Source: Cyclobacteriaceae bacterium
GTDB taxonomy: Bacteria > Bacteroidota > Bacteroidia > Cytophagales > Cyclobacteriaceae
Assembly (NCBI GenBank): GCA_947458475.1
Contig: CANGZP010000004.1
Span: forward strand, 2,947-66,946
Direction of reading: 5' to 3'
Length of the DNA stretch: 64,000 bases
Below are positions 29,508 to 40,020 of the stretch, piece after piece (position 1 is the first letter of the stretch; the number at the start of each line of letters is the position of its first letter). The notes beneath the pieces were generated by a model. It was not told the DNA's origin, ran no database searches, and saw only the letters and a program-made list of their open reading frames with translations. The translations under genes and the position numbers were made by a program.

Positions 29508-29516
29508 GGACTCAGG

Positions 29517-30635
29517 TTAAGCGCTTAAGATTAATCGATGAAAGGCAGCGATGAATTTTTCTGCCGTAAACTCCTTCACGCGTTCTTTTCCTTGGAGGAT
29601 CAAGTTCGTGCGAAGCGTTTCATCCTCTTCCAAAAGTATCATTTTTTCAGTCAAATCTGCTGGACTATTGGTTTGAAAAGCTAAAGCAGCAGCAGCAGCC
29701 ACCTCCACCAAGGCAGGCTGATCGGAGTGGATAACCGGCAATCCGAAGTTCATTGCCTCTAGGACAGGTATCCCAAATCCTTCATTCGTGGAGGGAAAAA
29801 CATAGGCAAAAGCACCCTGGTACAGCGCCTTAATCTCGGCATCGCTGAGGTAGCCTGGGAGCAACACTTCTTTTTCCAGGCCCAAACTGCCAATCAATCG
29901 GGTTACTTCAGGGAGGTCATTGAGTTGGTGGCTTTGTCCAGCTCCGCCTGCGAGCACCAATTTTTTGGGATCCTTACTTTGTTTCAAATAGGTTGCAAAT
30001 GCCTGTACCAGCAGGGGGAGATTTTTCCGCCGGTCAAAGGTGCCTACGTGTAAAAAGTAGTCGTTTTTGCTCAGTTCATTTTTTTGTAAAAAATGAACAT
30101 CTGCCGCACCCGTCATTGCTTTTGAAGTTTGGTAGACCACCGAGATGGGGCAGGAATTTCCCAAGTACTGCTGCAAGCAATTTTTGGAGTAGTCCGTAGT
30201 GGTGAGGACATGCGTGTTTTCTCGGAGTCCTTTTCGAATGAGGTTGAGAAAATAGTTTCGCCACCATTTCGGGTAGTTTTCTGGCATTTGCCAGAAGAAG
30301 GCATCGTGGATAACGGTGAGCCGTTTGCAGGGGAGAGAAGCTGCTGGAGACACAAAATCCAGACAAACCAATACGTCGGGGTTGTACTTTTTTACCAAAT
30401 CAGGAAGCTGAAATTGCTTCCAGCGAAAGTAATCCAAATGGTAATTCAGTTTCTGAAGCTTGGTCCTATGTCCCAGGTCTTTTTTGATGGAAGCCTGTTC
30501 TTCTGGATCATGGGTAAAAATCCATTCGATTTCAGGATGAGGGTGTTTTCGCGCAGCCTTGGCCAACTCAAGCATGTAGGTTTTGATGCCTGTGGTGGCG
30601 ACATTTAAGTACTGAAGGTCGAGTAGAACTTTCAA
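29517..30635 (-). CDS. GT4 glycosyltransferase
   Basis: RKNL; EGFGIPVLEAM. Confidence 0.9.
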   Translation of the reverse strand: MKVLLDLQYLNVATTGIKTYMLELAKAARKHPHPEIEWIFTHDPEEQASIKKDLGHRTKLQKLNYHLDYFRWKQFQLPDLVKKYNPDVLVCLDFVSPAASLPCKRLTVIHDAFFWQMPENYPKWWRNYFLNLIRKGLRENTHVLTTTDYSKNCLQQYLGNSCPISVVYQTSKAMTGAADVHFLQKNELSKNDYFLHVGTFDRRKNLPLLVQAFATYLKQSKDPKKLVLAGGAGQSHQLNDLPEVTRLIGSLGLEKEVLLPGYLSDAEIKALYQGAFAYVFPSTNEGFGIPVLEAMNFGLPVIHSDQPALVEVAAAAALAFQTNSPADLTEKMILLEEDETLRTNLILQGKERVKEFTAEKFIAAFHRLILSA

Positions 30636-30721
30636 GGCAGTGAAAAATATAAAGCGCCCTTCAAGAAGGCGATTGGACGAATACTAAACTCTAAGATACT
30701 GATTTTTGTAAGTTAGCGACG

Positions 30722-32119
30722 CTACGCTAGCCTAGGAGCGCTTCTCAGTGCACTATACTCTCTGACCGTGTAGCCGATCATCCACCAGCTGATCCAGGTG
30801 ACATAGGTATACATTTCCGCGTTGGCGGTAAATAGCGGTAAAAACAAACCTACCTTGGTGACAGCTCCTACAAAGGCTAGTCGGGCCGTGTAGACATTTG
30901 GCGTGCTGTAGAATACACGAAGGCTTAGAATTACGCCTGAGGCCAAGGCAAGCACATAAAAGAACATGCCAATCCAACCCAGCTGTACTCCATAAATCAG
31001 AAATTGATTTTCTCCCCCTACCCGCAGGGCCTCACTTACGCTGCCTGCATTGCCACTCATTGCCAAGCCGATGCCGAATGGGTTGGCCACCATGGATTCC
31101 AGCGCAACAACCCATTCGAGGACGTGACCCACACTGGAGGAGTTTTCAAATGTAAGCGTGTCCAAAACAAAAAAGTAAAAGTCGTCCGAAGCAAACCAGA
31201 TCACATACCCTGCAAAAAAGAGCAGCACTAGAAATCCAAGCCCAATCAACTTATATAAGCGAAAGACAAGTGCAACGAAAAACAGCAAGATGAAAAAGGC
31301 GCCAAAAGCTGCTCTGGAGGCTGAAAAGATTAAACTTCCCAACGAACAAGCCATGATGATTAGGTACAACCATTGGGTTTCTTTTTTGGAAGTTAAATAC
31401 CAGATAAGGCCGGCGGCAAAACCCATCAGCACCGAACTCGCCATCTCCAAGGGATCCGAAAAGAAGCTCGCTAGGCGCTTGGTGACTGCTTGGGTTTCAA
31501 AAGTCCAGGTCAGCCCAAAATTTCCGCTCGGGTCAATGTCGTTGATGACTTGGTTGTAAAGTGAGTAGCCGGTGTATTGCTGCAGATGGGCTTGCAGGAC
31601 AAACTGCTCCACTAAATTTACCGCGAAGGCAAGGATGGCTACCATGAAAATCATGGAAAAAAGCCGAGAGAGCTCCCGCTCTTCAAATAGGGTGTTTCTA
31701 CCCAAAAAGTACGTGAGACCGGGAAGCAAAACCCCTTTGAAGTAGAATGCCTTCGTAAGGAAGGGAACTTCGCCAATGGGTAAAATCAGGTAGCTAAATC
31801 CTAAAAGTATAAATCCTCCCATCCACCAATCCGTGCTTTGGGGGCGAAAAGGATAGTCAGCTGGATTTTTTTGAAAGAGCACTGCCACCAGCAGGGCGAT
31901 GCCTACCGCCCCTTCTTTTAGTGCTTGAAATACAGTAACTAGCTCTTCAGATCGGGTGTTGAGGTAAGTCAAACTCAAGAAGGTAATGTAGATTGGTAAA
32001 TAACCAGCCAAGAAAAAGATGAAATAAGTCCATCTCCCCTTTACAATCATCTCCTGTACCGTCCAAAGGAAGCCCAATAGCAGCCCAATTGTCAGAATCA
32101 AAAATGCTACTGAAGCCAT
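30722..32119 (-). CDS. Wzy polymerase / O-antigen ligase-like membrane protein
   Basis: Many TM helices; SRAA, PFGIGL; position in the polysaccharide locus. Confidence 0.72.
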   Translation of the reverse strand: MASVAFLILTIGLLLGFLWTVQEMIVKGRWTYFIFFLAGYLPIYITFLSLTYLNTRSEELVTVFQALKEGAVGIALLVAVLFQKNPADYPFRPQSTDWWMGGFILLGFSYLILPIGEVPFLTKAFYFKGVLLPGLTYFLGRNTLFEERELSRLFSMIFMVAILAFAVNLVEQFVLQAHLQQYTGYSLYNQVINDIDPSGNFGLTWTFETQAVTKRLASFFSDPLEMASSVLMGFAAGLIWYLTSKKETQWLYLIIMACSLGSLIFSASRAAFGAFFILLFFVALVFRLYKLIGLGFLVLLFFAGYVIWFASDDFYFFVLDTLTFENSSSVGHVLEWVVALESMVANPFGIGLAMSGNAGSVSEALRVGGENQFLIYGVQLGWIGMFFYVLALASGVILSLRVFYSTPNVYTARLAFVGAVTKVGLFLPLFTANAEMYTYVTWISWWMIGYTVREYSALRSAPRLA

Positions 32120-33033
32120 TTCTTTTCTGAGTTAAGTGGAGTAAATAGACCTTCTCGTATGCCTTGGAAAACAGCCGATAGTTTTTGGAATCGCCCTCGA
32201 ATCAAAAAATAGACTCCCCAACTCAAAAACCGAAGGAGGTGGTAGGGGTATCCAAGTACTAGGGAATGCTGCCGAAGGAGAAACAGCTGGTTTCGCACAT
32301 GAAAATAAAATACACGCGGGCTGAGGGTGCCTTCGGAATGTTGTTTTTTGGAGGCAGCGCCTGCTTCGTGGTAGATAATGGAATTTTCAGATAAACCGAT
32401 TTTAAAACCAGATTTTCGTATGCGTAAACTCCATTCCACATCTTCAAAATAGGCAAAATATTGTTCATTAAGTAGTCCTGCGGCCAGGATAGCTTCCTTG
32501 GAAAGCAACATGCAACAGCCTGTGGCCCAGTCCAGTTCAAGGGATTTAGGAGGGGTGTAATTTTCCAAAGTAACTCGATCCCCTAAGGTAATCGCCCTTC
32601 CAAGTAAGGAATTCCATTTTCCCCCAGCGCTCCAAAGCGTTTTTGATTCTTGGGCAAAGCAAATTATGGGTTGGACTACTCCATATTTAGATGCACGTAA
32701 TTCCGTTTGCAGCGGTTTTAAAAAATAAGGATCCACAAGGGTATCATTGTTGAGCAGCAGGACTTGATCAAAACCTTCCTCTAAAGCATAGCGGATGCCT
32801 ACATTGTTCCCCCCAGCAAAGCCCAAGTTGTCTGGATTGGCGATGAGGTGGATATTCGGGAAGCGAGCTTTAAGCTGCTCTCCTTCAGAATTTTGGGAAC
32901 CGTTGTCCACAAGGATTACTTGAAAAGCAGGCTCTTTTACCTTTTCTAAGGATTCCAAACAGGCCTGGGTATAGGCATAGCCGTTCCAATTGACCAAGAT
33001 GATTGCTACAGAAACCTCAGGAGTAGAAGCCAT
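32107..33033 (-). CDS. GT2 glycosyltransferase
   Basis: VDNGS, NLGFAGGNN, LNND, YFED. Confidence 0.9.
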   Translation of the reverse strand: MASTPEVSVAIILVNWNGYAYTQACLESLEKVKEPAFQVILVDNGSQNSEGEQLKARFPNIHLIANPDNLGFAGGNNVGIRYALEEGFDQVLLLNNDTLVDPYFLKPLQTELRASKYGVVQPIICFAQESKTLWSAGGKWNSLLGRAITLGDRVTLENYTPPKSLELDWATGCCMLLSKEAILAAGLLNEQYFAYFEDVEWSLRIRKSGFKIGLSENSIIYHEAGAASKKQHSEGTLSPRVFYFHVRNQLFLLRQHSLVLGYPYHLLRFLSWGVYFLIRGRFQKLSAVFQGIREGLFTPLNSEKKWLQ

Positions 33034-34309
33034 ACAAGAGATCTTTTTTGTGGCGATACAAGAGGTACATGCAAATAAAGAAGACCATGAGTTCGGTGCT
33101 CAAGATTGCAATGCAGAGGCCCGCTCCCCCAAAAAAGTGGGTCAGGAGGCTTGAGGCACAGATCATGTAGGCGCAAAACATCCAGCTGGCACGAAAGAGC
33201 AGGTCTCGAAGGTTAGTTACCAGGAGGATGGTTACATTTCCTACATTCAAGCAAGCCAAAAATGGAATTGCAGCAAGCAATTGAAGGTAGCTGACTGCGT
33301 CGTTAAGCTCCCCTCGGGAAAGTACTTCAATGATCCAGGGTGCAGCCACATAGGTTCCGATGCTAATCAATGCGCCAATAGCCAGGGTGCCGAGATACAC
33401 TTTCTTAAGAAAAGAGAAAAATGCAGGTTGGTCCGCTTGGTAAAGTTTGGAGGAGTTCGGGAAAATGGCTTGAATGATCAAGGCAGGGAATAGCCGCAGG
33501 ATCATGACTACGCGTTCTGCCAAACTGTACATTCCGAGTGTAGCTCCGCTTGCAAAAAAACTCAAAATAATGAGCCCTCCATTGATGGAGATATGGCTGG
33601 CAAGATTGCTAAAAAATAAGAGCACATTATCCTTTAGACTTTTCCAAATGGAAGAAAATTGGGGACTAAAAAACCGGACATCTAGTACCACATGGATGTA
33701 AAGTAACAGGCTGAGGTTGACGCCCAGGCCAGAAATACCCAGTAGAAAATTAACCCAGATACTTTGCGCGGGCTGCTGTACAAAGAGCACCAAGCCCATC
33801 AAAAAAAGCAGTTTGGAGAAAATTGTCGCCACAGAGACCAGCTTCATTTTTTCCAATCCTTGAAAAAACCAAAGCGGAAAAGCGGCCTCCGAAAAGAGCA
33901 TAAATACGGAGAGCACTAATATTGTCTGGTATTCCTGAAAAAGGGTTAGGCCGTAGGCTCCCACCAAAATGAGACCAGTGGAAATAAGGGCAAGAATAAG
34001 CTTGGCGGAGAATACATTGGAGACCAACTGCGATAGTTCTGCCTTATTGGATTGATTGAGCGCAACTTCTCGTGGGGCGCTCAGGTTGAATCCAAAGCCT
34101 ACTAAAATGTTGAAGACAATAATTACTGAAAGGGATAGGTTGACCCATCCAAATTGTTCTGCCCCGATACTTTGAATCAGTAGGGGCATGGAAATGATGG
34201 AAATCAAGACCGTTGAGGACTGGATCAGCGCCAGAAAAAGAAAGTTCTGGAGTGACTTATTCCGGATAAAATTCCCAAAAGGGATCAACAGATTGATTTT
34301 TTCAAACAT
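33017..34309 (-). CDS. wzx: Wzx oligosaccharide flippase
   Basis: About 12 TM helices; WFFQGLEKM motif; locus context. Confidence 0.85.
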   Translation of the reverse strand: MFEKINLLIPFGNFIRNKSLQNFLFLALIQSSTVLISIISMPLLIQSIGAEQFGWVNLSLSVIIVFNILVGFGFNLSAPREVALNQSNKAELSQLVSNVFSAKLILALISTGLILVGAYGLTLFQEYQTILVLSVFMLFSEAAFPLWFFQGLEKMKLVSVATIFSKLLFLMGLVLFVQQPAQSIWVNFLLGISGLGVNLSLLLYIHVVLDVRFFSPQFSSIWKSLKDNVLLFFSNLASHISINGGLIILSFFASGATLGMYSLAERVVMILRLFPALIIQAIFPNSSKLYQADQPAFFSFLKKVYLGTLAIGALISIGTYVAAPWIIEVLSRGELNDAVSYLQLLAAIPFLACLNVGNVTILLVTNLRDLLFRASWMFCAYMICASSLLTHFFGGAGLCIAILSTELMVFFICMYLLYRHKKDLLYGFYS

Positions 34310-34321
34310 GGAAGCTTTGGT

Positions 34322-35389
34322 TTAGACTTCCTGCAAATGCTTTTGATAGAGTCTTCTCAGATAAAGTAAGCTAAGGGCTAAAACACCGAGAATAAAGGCT
34401 CCATATACCACCCCTTTTACCAAGCGGACTTCAGTTCTTTTTAAGGGGAAGGAGGGGGAATCGATCAATTGAATCAAGGGCGTGTTGATGCGGTGGCTGA
34501 TTTTTGCCATCTCCAGGTTTTTCACAATTTCTTGAAATACCGCCGCACTCGTTTGCACATCTACTTGCTTGCGACGTCCATTCACAGTAGCTGTACTTAG
34601 CAGGGGGTTGGCATTTGGAATTCGATCTTGCTCGGCGGCCAAGGTGCCTAGACTTTGGTCAAGAATTGCCCGAACTGAGTCTGCTTGGATTTGTAAAATG
34701 CGCAGATTTTCCCCTGTTTTCTTGGTTTTGGTCTCCAAGTAAAAGGTATTCACCTTGCTCACCAGTGTTTCGTTGAAAAGCTTCGCAAACCCCTCGTCTT
34801 TTGAGGAAACATTCACCTGAATAATGCTCAGTTTCCGATCCGGCTTGACCACTACAAGCTGTTTTTCTCGTATAATCTTGGCGATTTCCTTGAGGACAGA
34901 ATCTTGCTTTACCCCATGATTTTCTTTGGAAGCAGAAAATTTCAAAGTGGACAAATCGATCGTGGAGGCCCAGTTCTTTTCCAACTCTTCGAATTCAATA
35001 AATCGATCGACCAATAATTTTTGGTTGTCAAATGGACTGAGGAGGGTTTCTTCCAACATGCGATCCGAGCGATACAGCTCCATGATGTTGTCTCCTTGAA
35101 AGAGCCCATTTGTTCCACCGATGCCACCCAAATTTACCCCAAGAAGGCTAGCGATTCCGGACATTTGTCCAATACCGCCCATTCCTTCCTCCTCCAATAC
35201 GAAAGAAGTTTCTGCATGAAAAACGGGGTCTTTAAGTTGCGAATAGCCAGCCCCAAGCCCAGCCCCGGCCACTAGGGAAACAAGGAGAGGTTTCCATTGG
35301 GAGCGGAAAAACTTGACCCAATCGATTAGATTTTGTACGACCTCTTTCAAGGTGAATTGGGGGGGAGAAAAATGTGAGTTTCCGCTCAT
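34322..35389 (-). CDS. Polysaccharide chain-length determinant (Wzz-like)
   Basis: N- and C-terminal TM helices around a coiled periplasmic domain; TPLIQLIDSP. Confidence 0.78.
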   Translation of the reverse strand: MSGNSHFSPPQFTLKEVVQNLIDWVKFFRSQWKPLLVSLVAGAGLGAGYSQLKDPVFHAETSFVLEEEGMGGIGQMSGIASLLGVNLGGIGGTNGLFQGDNIMELYRSDRMLEETLLSPFDNQKLLVDRFIEFEELEKNWASTIDLSTLKFSASKENHGVKQDSVLKEIAKIIREKQLVVVKPDRKLSIIQVNVSSKDEGFAKLFNETLVSKVNTFYLETKTKKTGENLRILQIQADSVRAILDQSLGTLAAEQDRIPNANPLLSTATVNGRRKQVDVQTSAAVFQEIVKNLEMAKISHRINTPLIQLIDSPSFPLKRTEVRLVKGVVYGAFILGVLALSLLYLRRLYQKHLQEV

Positions 35390-37983
35390 TGGGTATTCTG
35401 AAGGTTGATTTGGGAAAGAACCAAAGCCAAGGTAGCTAGGCCTGTTGTAATGCCTACGAGCTCTCCTACGCGGAACGGAGTTTTGGGGCCTTTGCTGGGC
35501 ACGATTACTTCGGCGCCTGGCTCAATGGCAGGATAGCTGCGGATGCCTAGGAATCCCTTGGTTCGCTTGACTGCGCCATTGGCATAAACTACATAGGTTT
35601 GCTTGCGGTTGGCCCGGCGGTCAAATCCACCCGCCCCATTGATGTAGTAGGTGAAGCCGCGACCCAGCTCGTGTCGCAAAGTGGTAGGATAAACCACATC
35701 TCCACGCATGCGGACGGTTTGCAAGAGTTTGGGCACATTGAGAATATCGCCTTCTTCGAGTACCAAATCTTCCTGAGAACCTGGATTCGCAAGGATTTTC
35801 TCCAAGTTGATGGCGACGGCCTCTGTTTCTTTAATTTTAACTGCTACGCCAGGTGTTTCTGAAGCAATTTGATCCAGCGACTCTCGTTTGGCATCGTTGG
35901 CGACGGAGTCTTTTTCTTCTACTTTCTCCTTGGGAAGATCTCTAAATAGACGTTTGAGAAGCTCTTCCTGTGCTTCTGCATTGTTTGGATCGTCCTTGAG
36001 TAAGAGGCGTAGCGCTTCCAAATTTTTCTGTCTGCGTACTTGCTCGGATTCGGTGTTGAAAAACTCAGTTTTACGAATCAAGGTTGCTCCTTTGGTATAG
36101 GCAAATTGATTGACGCCACCCGCTCTTTTTACCAAATCAGAGATGCGGTCTACACTAGTTTGGATGGCAAAAATCCCTGGGGAATTGACTTGACCTTCTA
36201 CCGATACGAGTCGCTGCATCGTAAAATTGGCTCGTTTTCGAACGATTACCTGATCGAAGGGTTCCAAAGTAATGGCATTCGGGTTGAAGGATAAATCTGG
36301 ATTGATGGAAGTGGTGAGGATATCCGATAGTGTTCCTGAATCTGAATCTTCCAGCCTTCTAGCAATTTCAATGTCTTTGAGGTTGGCAGATTCTTGGAGA
36401 CCCCCGGCAGTAAGAATCAATTCTTCAGGAGTCATTCCTGCAGCATAAGGATAGGTGCCTGGGCGCTTTACCTCTCCCAAAATCTGGATGTAGCGCTCGT
36501 TTTGTACGTCATAAATACTCGAAATACGGATTACGTCTTCCCGTTGCAAGACCAGATCTGCTTGGCGGCCTTCCAGTACAGCTTGAAGATTCACTTCCAA
36601 CACCTCAGAACTAAGATCACCTTTGGTCCGCAAGATGCTTGCCCGCTGGGTGTAAGCATCTCCTTTGAGGCCATCTGCATTTTTGATGAGCTGGGTCAGG
36701 GTAAGCCCTTCAGTTAGGGCAAATGTTCCAGGTCTGAAGACGGCGCCTTTGATTTGAATTCGGTTGCTAAAGCGATCCAAGACTCTGCCTACAGCGATTT
36801 CATCTCCTCCTTTGAGGGTGAATAGTCCAAGTTGGTTGCCGAACACATCAGAGATGGAACGCTGATTTCCGGAAATGCGCGAAATAGAGATGCGATCCTT
36901 GAAGGCTAGGTCTGTAAATCCCCCAGCATAGCGAATTAAATCTTCTAAGGTGTCTTCAGGGGTTACTTCGAAAATCAAAGGGCGCTTCACTTCACCAATC
37001 ACGTTGACGCGAGCGAGGTAGGGGTTGACAAGGATGACGTCTTGGTCTTGAAGTTGCACATCCAAATTTGCCGTTCCATTTATGAGTAGGTCATACACAT
37101 CAATTTCGGCGATTTTTTTATTTTTTCGGATCAGCTGTATTGCACGAAGCGTTCCATTATCAGAAGGGCCTCCCGCCGCATAGAGCGCGTTGAAAACGGT
37201 TGAAAAGGCAGATAAAGTGAAGGTTCCTGGTAGGCGCACTTCATTCAAAATGTGGACCTTGATGGTTTTGACATTGCCCAGGGTAACTTGCAAGAATGTT
37301 TGGGGATTGGCTCCACTAAGGCCCGTGTAAAAGGCCGCTACCCGGTTTTTAATGATTCCTTCTGCGGCTTCAATGGTTTTACCAGAAACGGCAATCAAGC
37401 CGATATTATCCAATAAAATGGAGCCTTCTGGATTGACGGTGGCTTCGTAGTATTTTTCAGACTGTCCATAGATATCCACATAGATTAGGTCTCCAGGGCC
37501 AAGAATGTAGTTTTTGGGAGTAGCCTGATTTAGGCTGGGCTCGAAACTTAGTTTTCGGTTCTTTTGAAAAAACAAGGTACTCCCAAAAATCAAGGAGTCT
37601 GCTTCTTCTTCTTCCATCAACTCCTGTGTCTCCATCAGGCCTTTGGTGATGGTATTGAGGTCAATCTGCTCTCGTGCAGATCTTTTGGAAGCATTTGTGG
37701 ATCGGGACTTACTGGATCCCACACTCAATCCTTCAATTCTGCTGCGGAGCTTTTCCACTTCGCCCGAAGGCATGCCCCGCATTTGAGCCATCATCAAGAA
37801 ATCCGTGCTACTTAGTCCAGCATCTTGCGCCCGCTTGACGAGTTCTTCGATTTGATCGTCACTGAGTTGATCTACCCGTATGGTGTTTAGATCGATATTT
37901 TGCTGCGCAAAAACGAAAGTTGGAGCAAAAGCCCAGAAGCAAAGCAGCACTAAAAAGTAGGTAAATTTTTGAATAGACTTCAT
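35386..37983 (-). CDS. Polysaccharide export protein with multiple SLBB domains (Wza/KpsD-like)
   Basis: YILGPGD; repeated GEVKRPG and AGG units; signal peptide. Confidence 0.88.
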   Translation of the reverse strand: MKSIQKFTYFLVLLCFWAFAPTFVFAQQNIDLNTIRVDQLSDDQIEELVKRAQDAGLSSTDFLMMAQMRGMPSGEVEKLRSRIEGLSVGSSKSRSTNASKRSAREQIDLNTITKGLMETQELMEEEEADSLIFGSTLFFQKNRKLSFEPSLNQATPKNYILGPGDLIYVDIYGQSEKYYEATVNPEGSILLDNIGLIAVSGKTIEAAEGIIKNRVAAFYTGLSGANPQTFLQVTLGNVKTIKVHILNEVRLPGTFTLSAFSTVFNALYAAGGPSDNGTLRAIQLIRKNKKIAEIDVYDLLINGTANLDVQLQDQDVILVNPYLARVNVIGEVKRPLIFEVTPEDTLEDLIRYAGGFTDLAFKDRISISRISGNQRSISDVFGNQLGLFTLKGGDEIAVGRVLDRFSNRIQIKGAVFRPGTFALTEGLTLTQLIKNADGLKGDAYTQRASILRTKGDLSSEVLEVNLQAVLEGRQADLVLQREDVIRISSIYDVQNERYIQILGEVKRPGTYPYAAGMTPEELILTAGGLQESANLKDIEIARRLEDSDSGTLSDILTTSINPDLSFNPNAITLEPFDQVIVRKRANFTMQRLVSVEGQVNSPGIFAIQTSVDRISDLVKRAGGVNQFAYTKGATLIRKTEFFNTESEQVRRQKNLEALRLLLKDDPNNAEAQEELLKRLFRDLPKEKVEEKDSVANDAKRESLDQIASETPGVAVKIKETEAVAINLEKILANPGSQEDLVLEEGDILNVPKLLQTVRMRGDVVYPTTLRHELGRGFTYYINGAGGFDRRANRKQTYVVYANGAVKRTKGFLGIRSYPAIEPGAEVIVPSKGPKTPFRVGELVGITTGLATLALVLSQINLQNTQ

Positions 37984-38211
37984 TGTGAAATGGAAATTCC
38001 GTAGGGTGTAGAAGAATCTAATGGATAAAAATCCGCTTTATTCTTAATTATACCAAATGTATTGACAGATTTGACGGAAAGAGGCATTGTTTTGTGGGCT
38101 CATTTCAAACCAGTTACGCTTGATTTTGGAAGAAAATTAACGAACCAAACCCAGGCGTTTTGGTCAATGTGGATTTGCATTGCTTTCTTTAACTTGCCAA
38201 AAATTTCATGC

Positions 38212-39210
38212 ATGCGTAGTCAGCTTCTAATTCTTGCGATTCTTCTCTTTCTTTTTTCCTGTAAGCCTGCTGATACGACCTGTACCTTGGATGAGGACCG
38301 ATTGGCAGGGCGAGAAGCACTGGATATTCATCGGTTGGAACAGGAATTTTTCGCCGCCACAACTGCCGATGAGCTTCGCTTTCTGCTTGAAAAATACCCA
38401 GAAGTAGCAGAAAAGGTGATGGAACGGGACACATATCCCAATGCGGACTCCTTAGCCCAGGAACTCTTTCGCGCAAATCAAGACTCTTCTTTTCAGGCTT
38501 TGAATGCGGCTGTTGCCAAAGAATTTGCGGACATATCCGACATCAAAGTGGAGTTGGAACAGGCATTTGCCTATTTGAAAAGTTATTATCCCGATTTTAA
38601 AACTCCCAAAGTCTATACCTACGTCTCAGGATTTGGCATAGATCTTCTGGTTGAAGAAAACATGTTGGTGATCGGATTGGATTATTTTTTACCGAAAGAC
38701 CATGCCTTCCAGCCGGATTTGCCCAAGTACATTGCCGACCGATACGAACGAAAATACCTCGTTCCCATGATCGTGTTGGCGATGTCCTCGCGCTACAATG
38801 AAATTGACCCCAAAGACAATACGCTCTTGGCGGAAATGATCTACTACGGAAAGGCCTACCATTTTGTCAAATCTATCCTTCCCTGCACTTCGGATCAATA
38901 CTTAATTGGGTACACGCCCGAGCAAATTCAGTCTTGCTGGGACAATGAGGATGTCATTTGGGCGCATTTTATTGAAAATGAACTCTTGTTTGAGACCAAT
39001 CCTTTCGAAATCAGAAAGTACATTGGAGAGGCCCCTAGTACAGATGCGATCAGCCCCGATGCGCCCGGTCGAATTGGACGTTGGATTGGCTGGAACATTG
39101 TGGAGGAGTATGCAGTCCAGCAGGATCTTTCCCTACCCGAACTGATGCGGGAAGCGGATGCTAAAAAACTATTCAAAGACTCGGGGTACCGACCACGAGC
39201 TGAACAATAA
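38212..39210 (+). CDS. gldB: Gliding motility lipoprotein GldB (start moved to ATG 38212)
   Basis: Lipobox LFSC; MIYYGK, PGRIGRWIGW. Confidence 0.82.
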   Translation: MRSQLLILAILLFLFSCKPADTTCTLDEDRLAGREALDIHRLEQEFFAATTADELRFLLEKYPEVAEKVMERDTYPNADSLAQELFRANQDSSFQALNAAVAKEFADISDIKVELEQAFAYLKSYYPDFKTPKVYTYVSGFGIDLLVEENMLVIGLDYFLPKDHAFQPDLPKYIADRYERKYLVPMIVLAMSSRYNEIDPKDNTLLAEMIYYGKAYHFVKSILPCTSDQYLIGYTPEQIQSCWDNEDVIWAHFIENELLFETNPFEIRKYIGEAPSTDAISPDAPGRIGRWIGWNIVEEYAVQQDLSLPELMREADAKKLFKDSGYRPRAEQ

Positions 39211-39258
39211 CCTAGGGTTGCGGAGCAAAAGTGGGGATGAATTCGTATTCCTCATTCC

Positions 39259-39918
39259 CTAGGCCTTCTCCCCATTTTTCTGCATTTTTTCGAAGAATTT
39301 GCAGAGGTGTGTAATGGCACAGGAACTACATTTTGGGCTTCTTGCCAAGCAGGTGTAGCGGCCATGTAGGATCAGCCAGTGATGTGCCTTGTGGATGTGC
39401 TCCTTGGGGAGGTGTTTGACCAATTGCTTCTCGACTTCTAAGGGGGTTTTGGCGGTCAGCGGAACTAGCCCAAGCCGTCTTGATACGCGGTACACGTGTG
39501 TATCCACCGCCATATTGGGTTGCTGCCAGATCACGGAGGTGATTACATTGGCTGTTTTTCTGCCCACACCCGGCAGTTTGACCAGTTCATCCACAGTAGA
39601 TGGGATTTCTCCACCAAAGTCAGCCAGCAGCATTTTTCCAAGACCAATCAGGTGCTTGGTTTTGTTATTGGGGTAGGAGACCGTCCGGATGTAGGGAAAT
39701 AGTTCATCAAAGTCCGTAGCTGCAAGATGTGCTGCCGTTGGAAAGTGCTTGAAAAGTTCTCGAGTGACGATGTTGACCCGCTTGTCCGTGCATTGGGCGG
39801 ATAGAACCACGGCTACCAACAGTTGGAATGGATTATCGTATGCCAGTTCCGTCTCTGCCACGGGCATGTTTTCAGAAAAATGCTGGATAAAGGCTTCGTA
39901 TCGCTGTTTTTTGAGCAT
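39259..39918 (-). CDS. nth: Endonuclease III
   Basis: LSAQCTD; HhH LPGVGRKTA; VDTH; Cys cluster. Confidence 0.96.
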   Translation of the reverse strand: MLKKQRYEAFIQHFSENMPVAETELAYDNPFQLLVAVVLSAQCTDKRVNIVTRELFKHFPTAAHLAATDFDELFPYIRTVSYPNNKTKHLIGLGKMLLADFGGEIPSTVDELVKLPGVGRKTANVITSVIWQQPNMAVDTHVYRVSRRLGLVPLTAKTPLEVEKQLVKHLPKEHIHKAHHWLILHGRYTCLARSPKCSSCAITHLCKFFEKMQKNGEKA

Positions 39919-40020
39919 GGAACGGGATTGTTGGACAAGACTTCTAAGATAGCAAGAGCGGTCTTTTCGGTGGCTTTACCTAAAGAATTAATTTTAAAAG
40001 GATGTTTTTTGACAGCGGAA

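Noticed and set aside
37984-38211. Invertible promoter upstream of the polysaccharide locus
   Set aside because: No flanking inverted repeats seen and no recombinase nearby.
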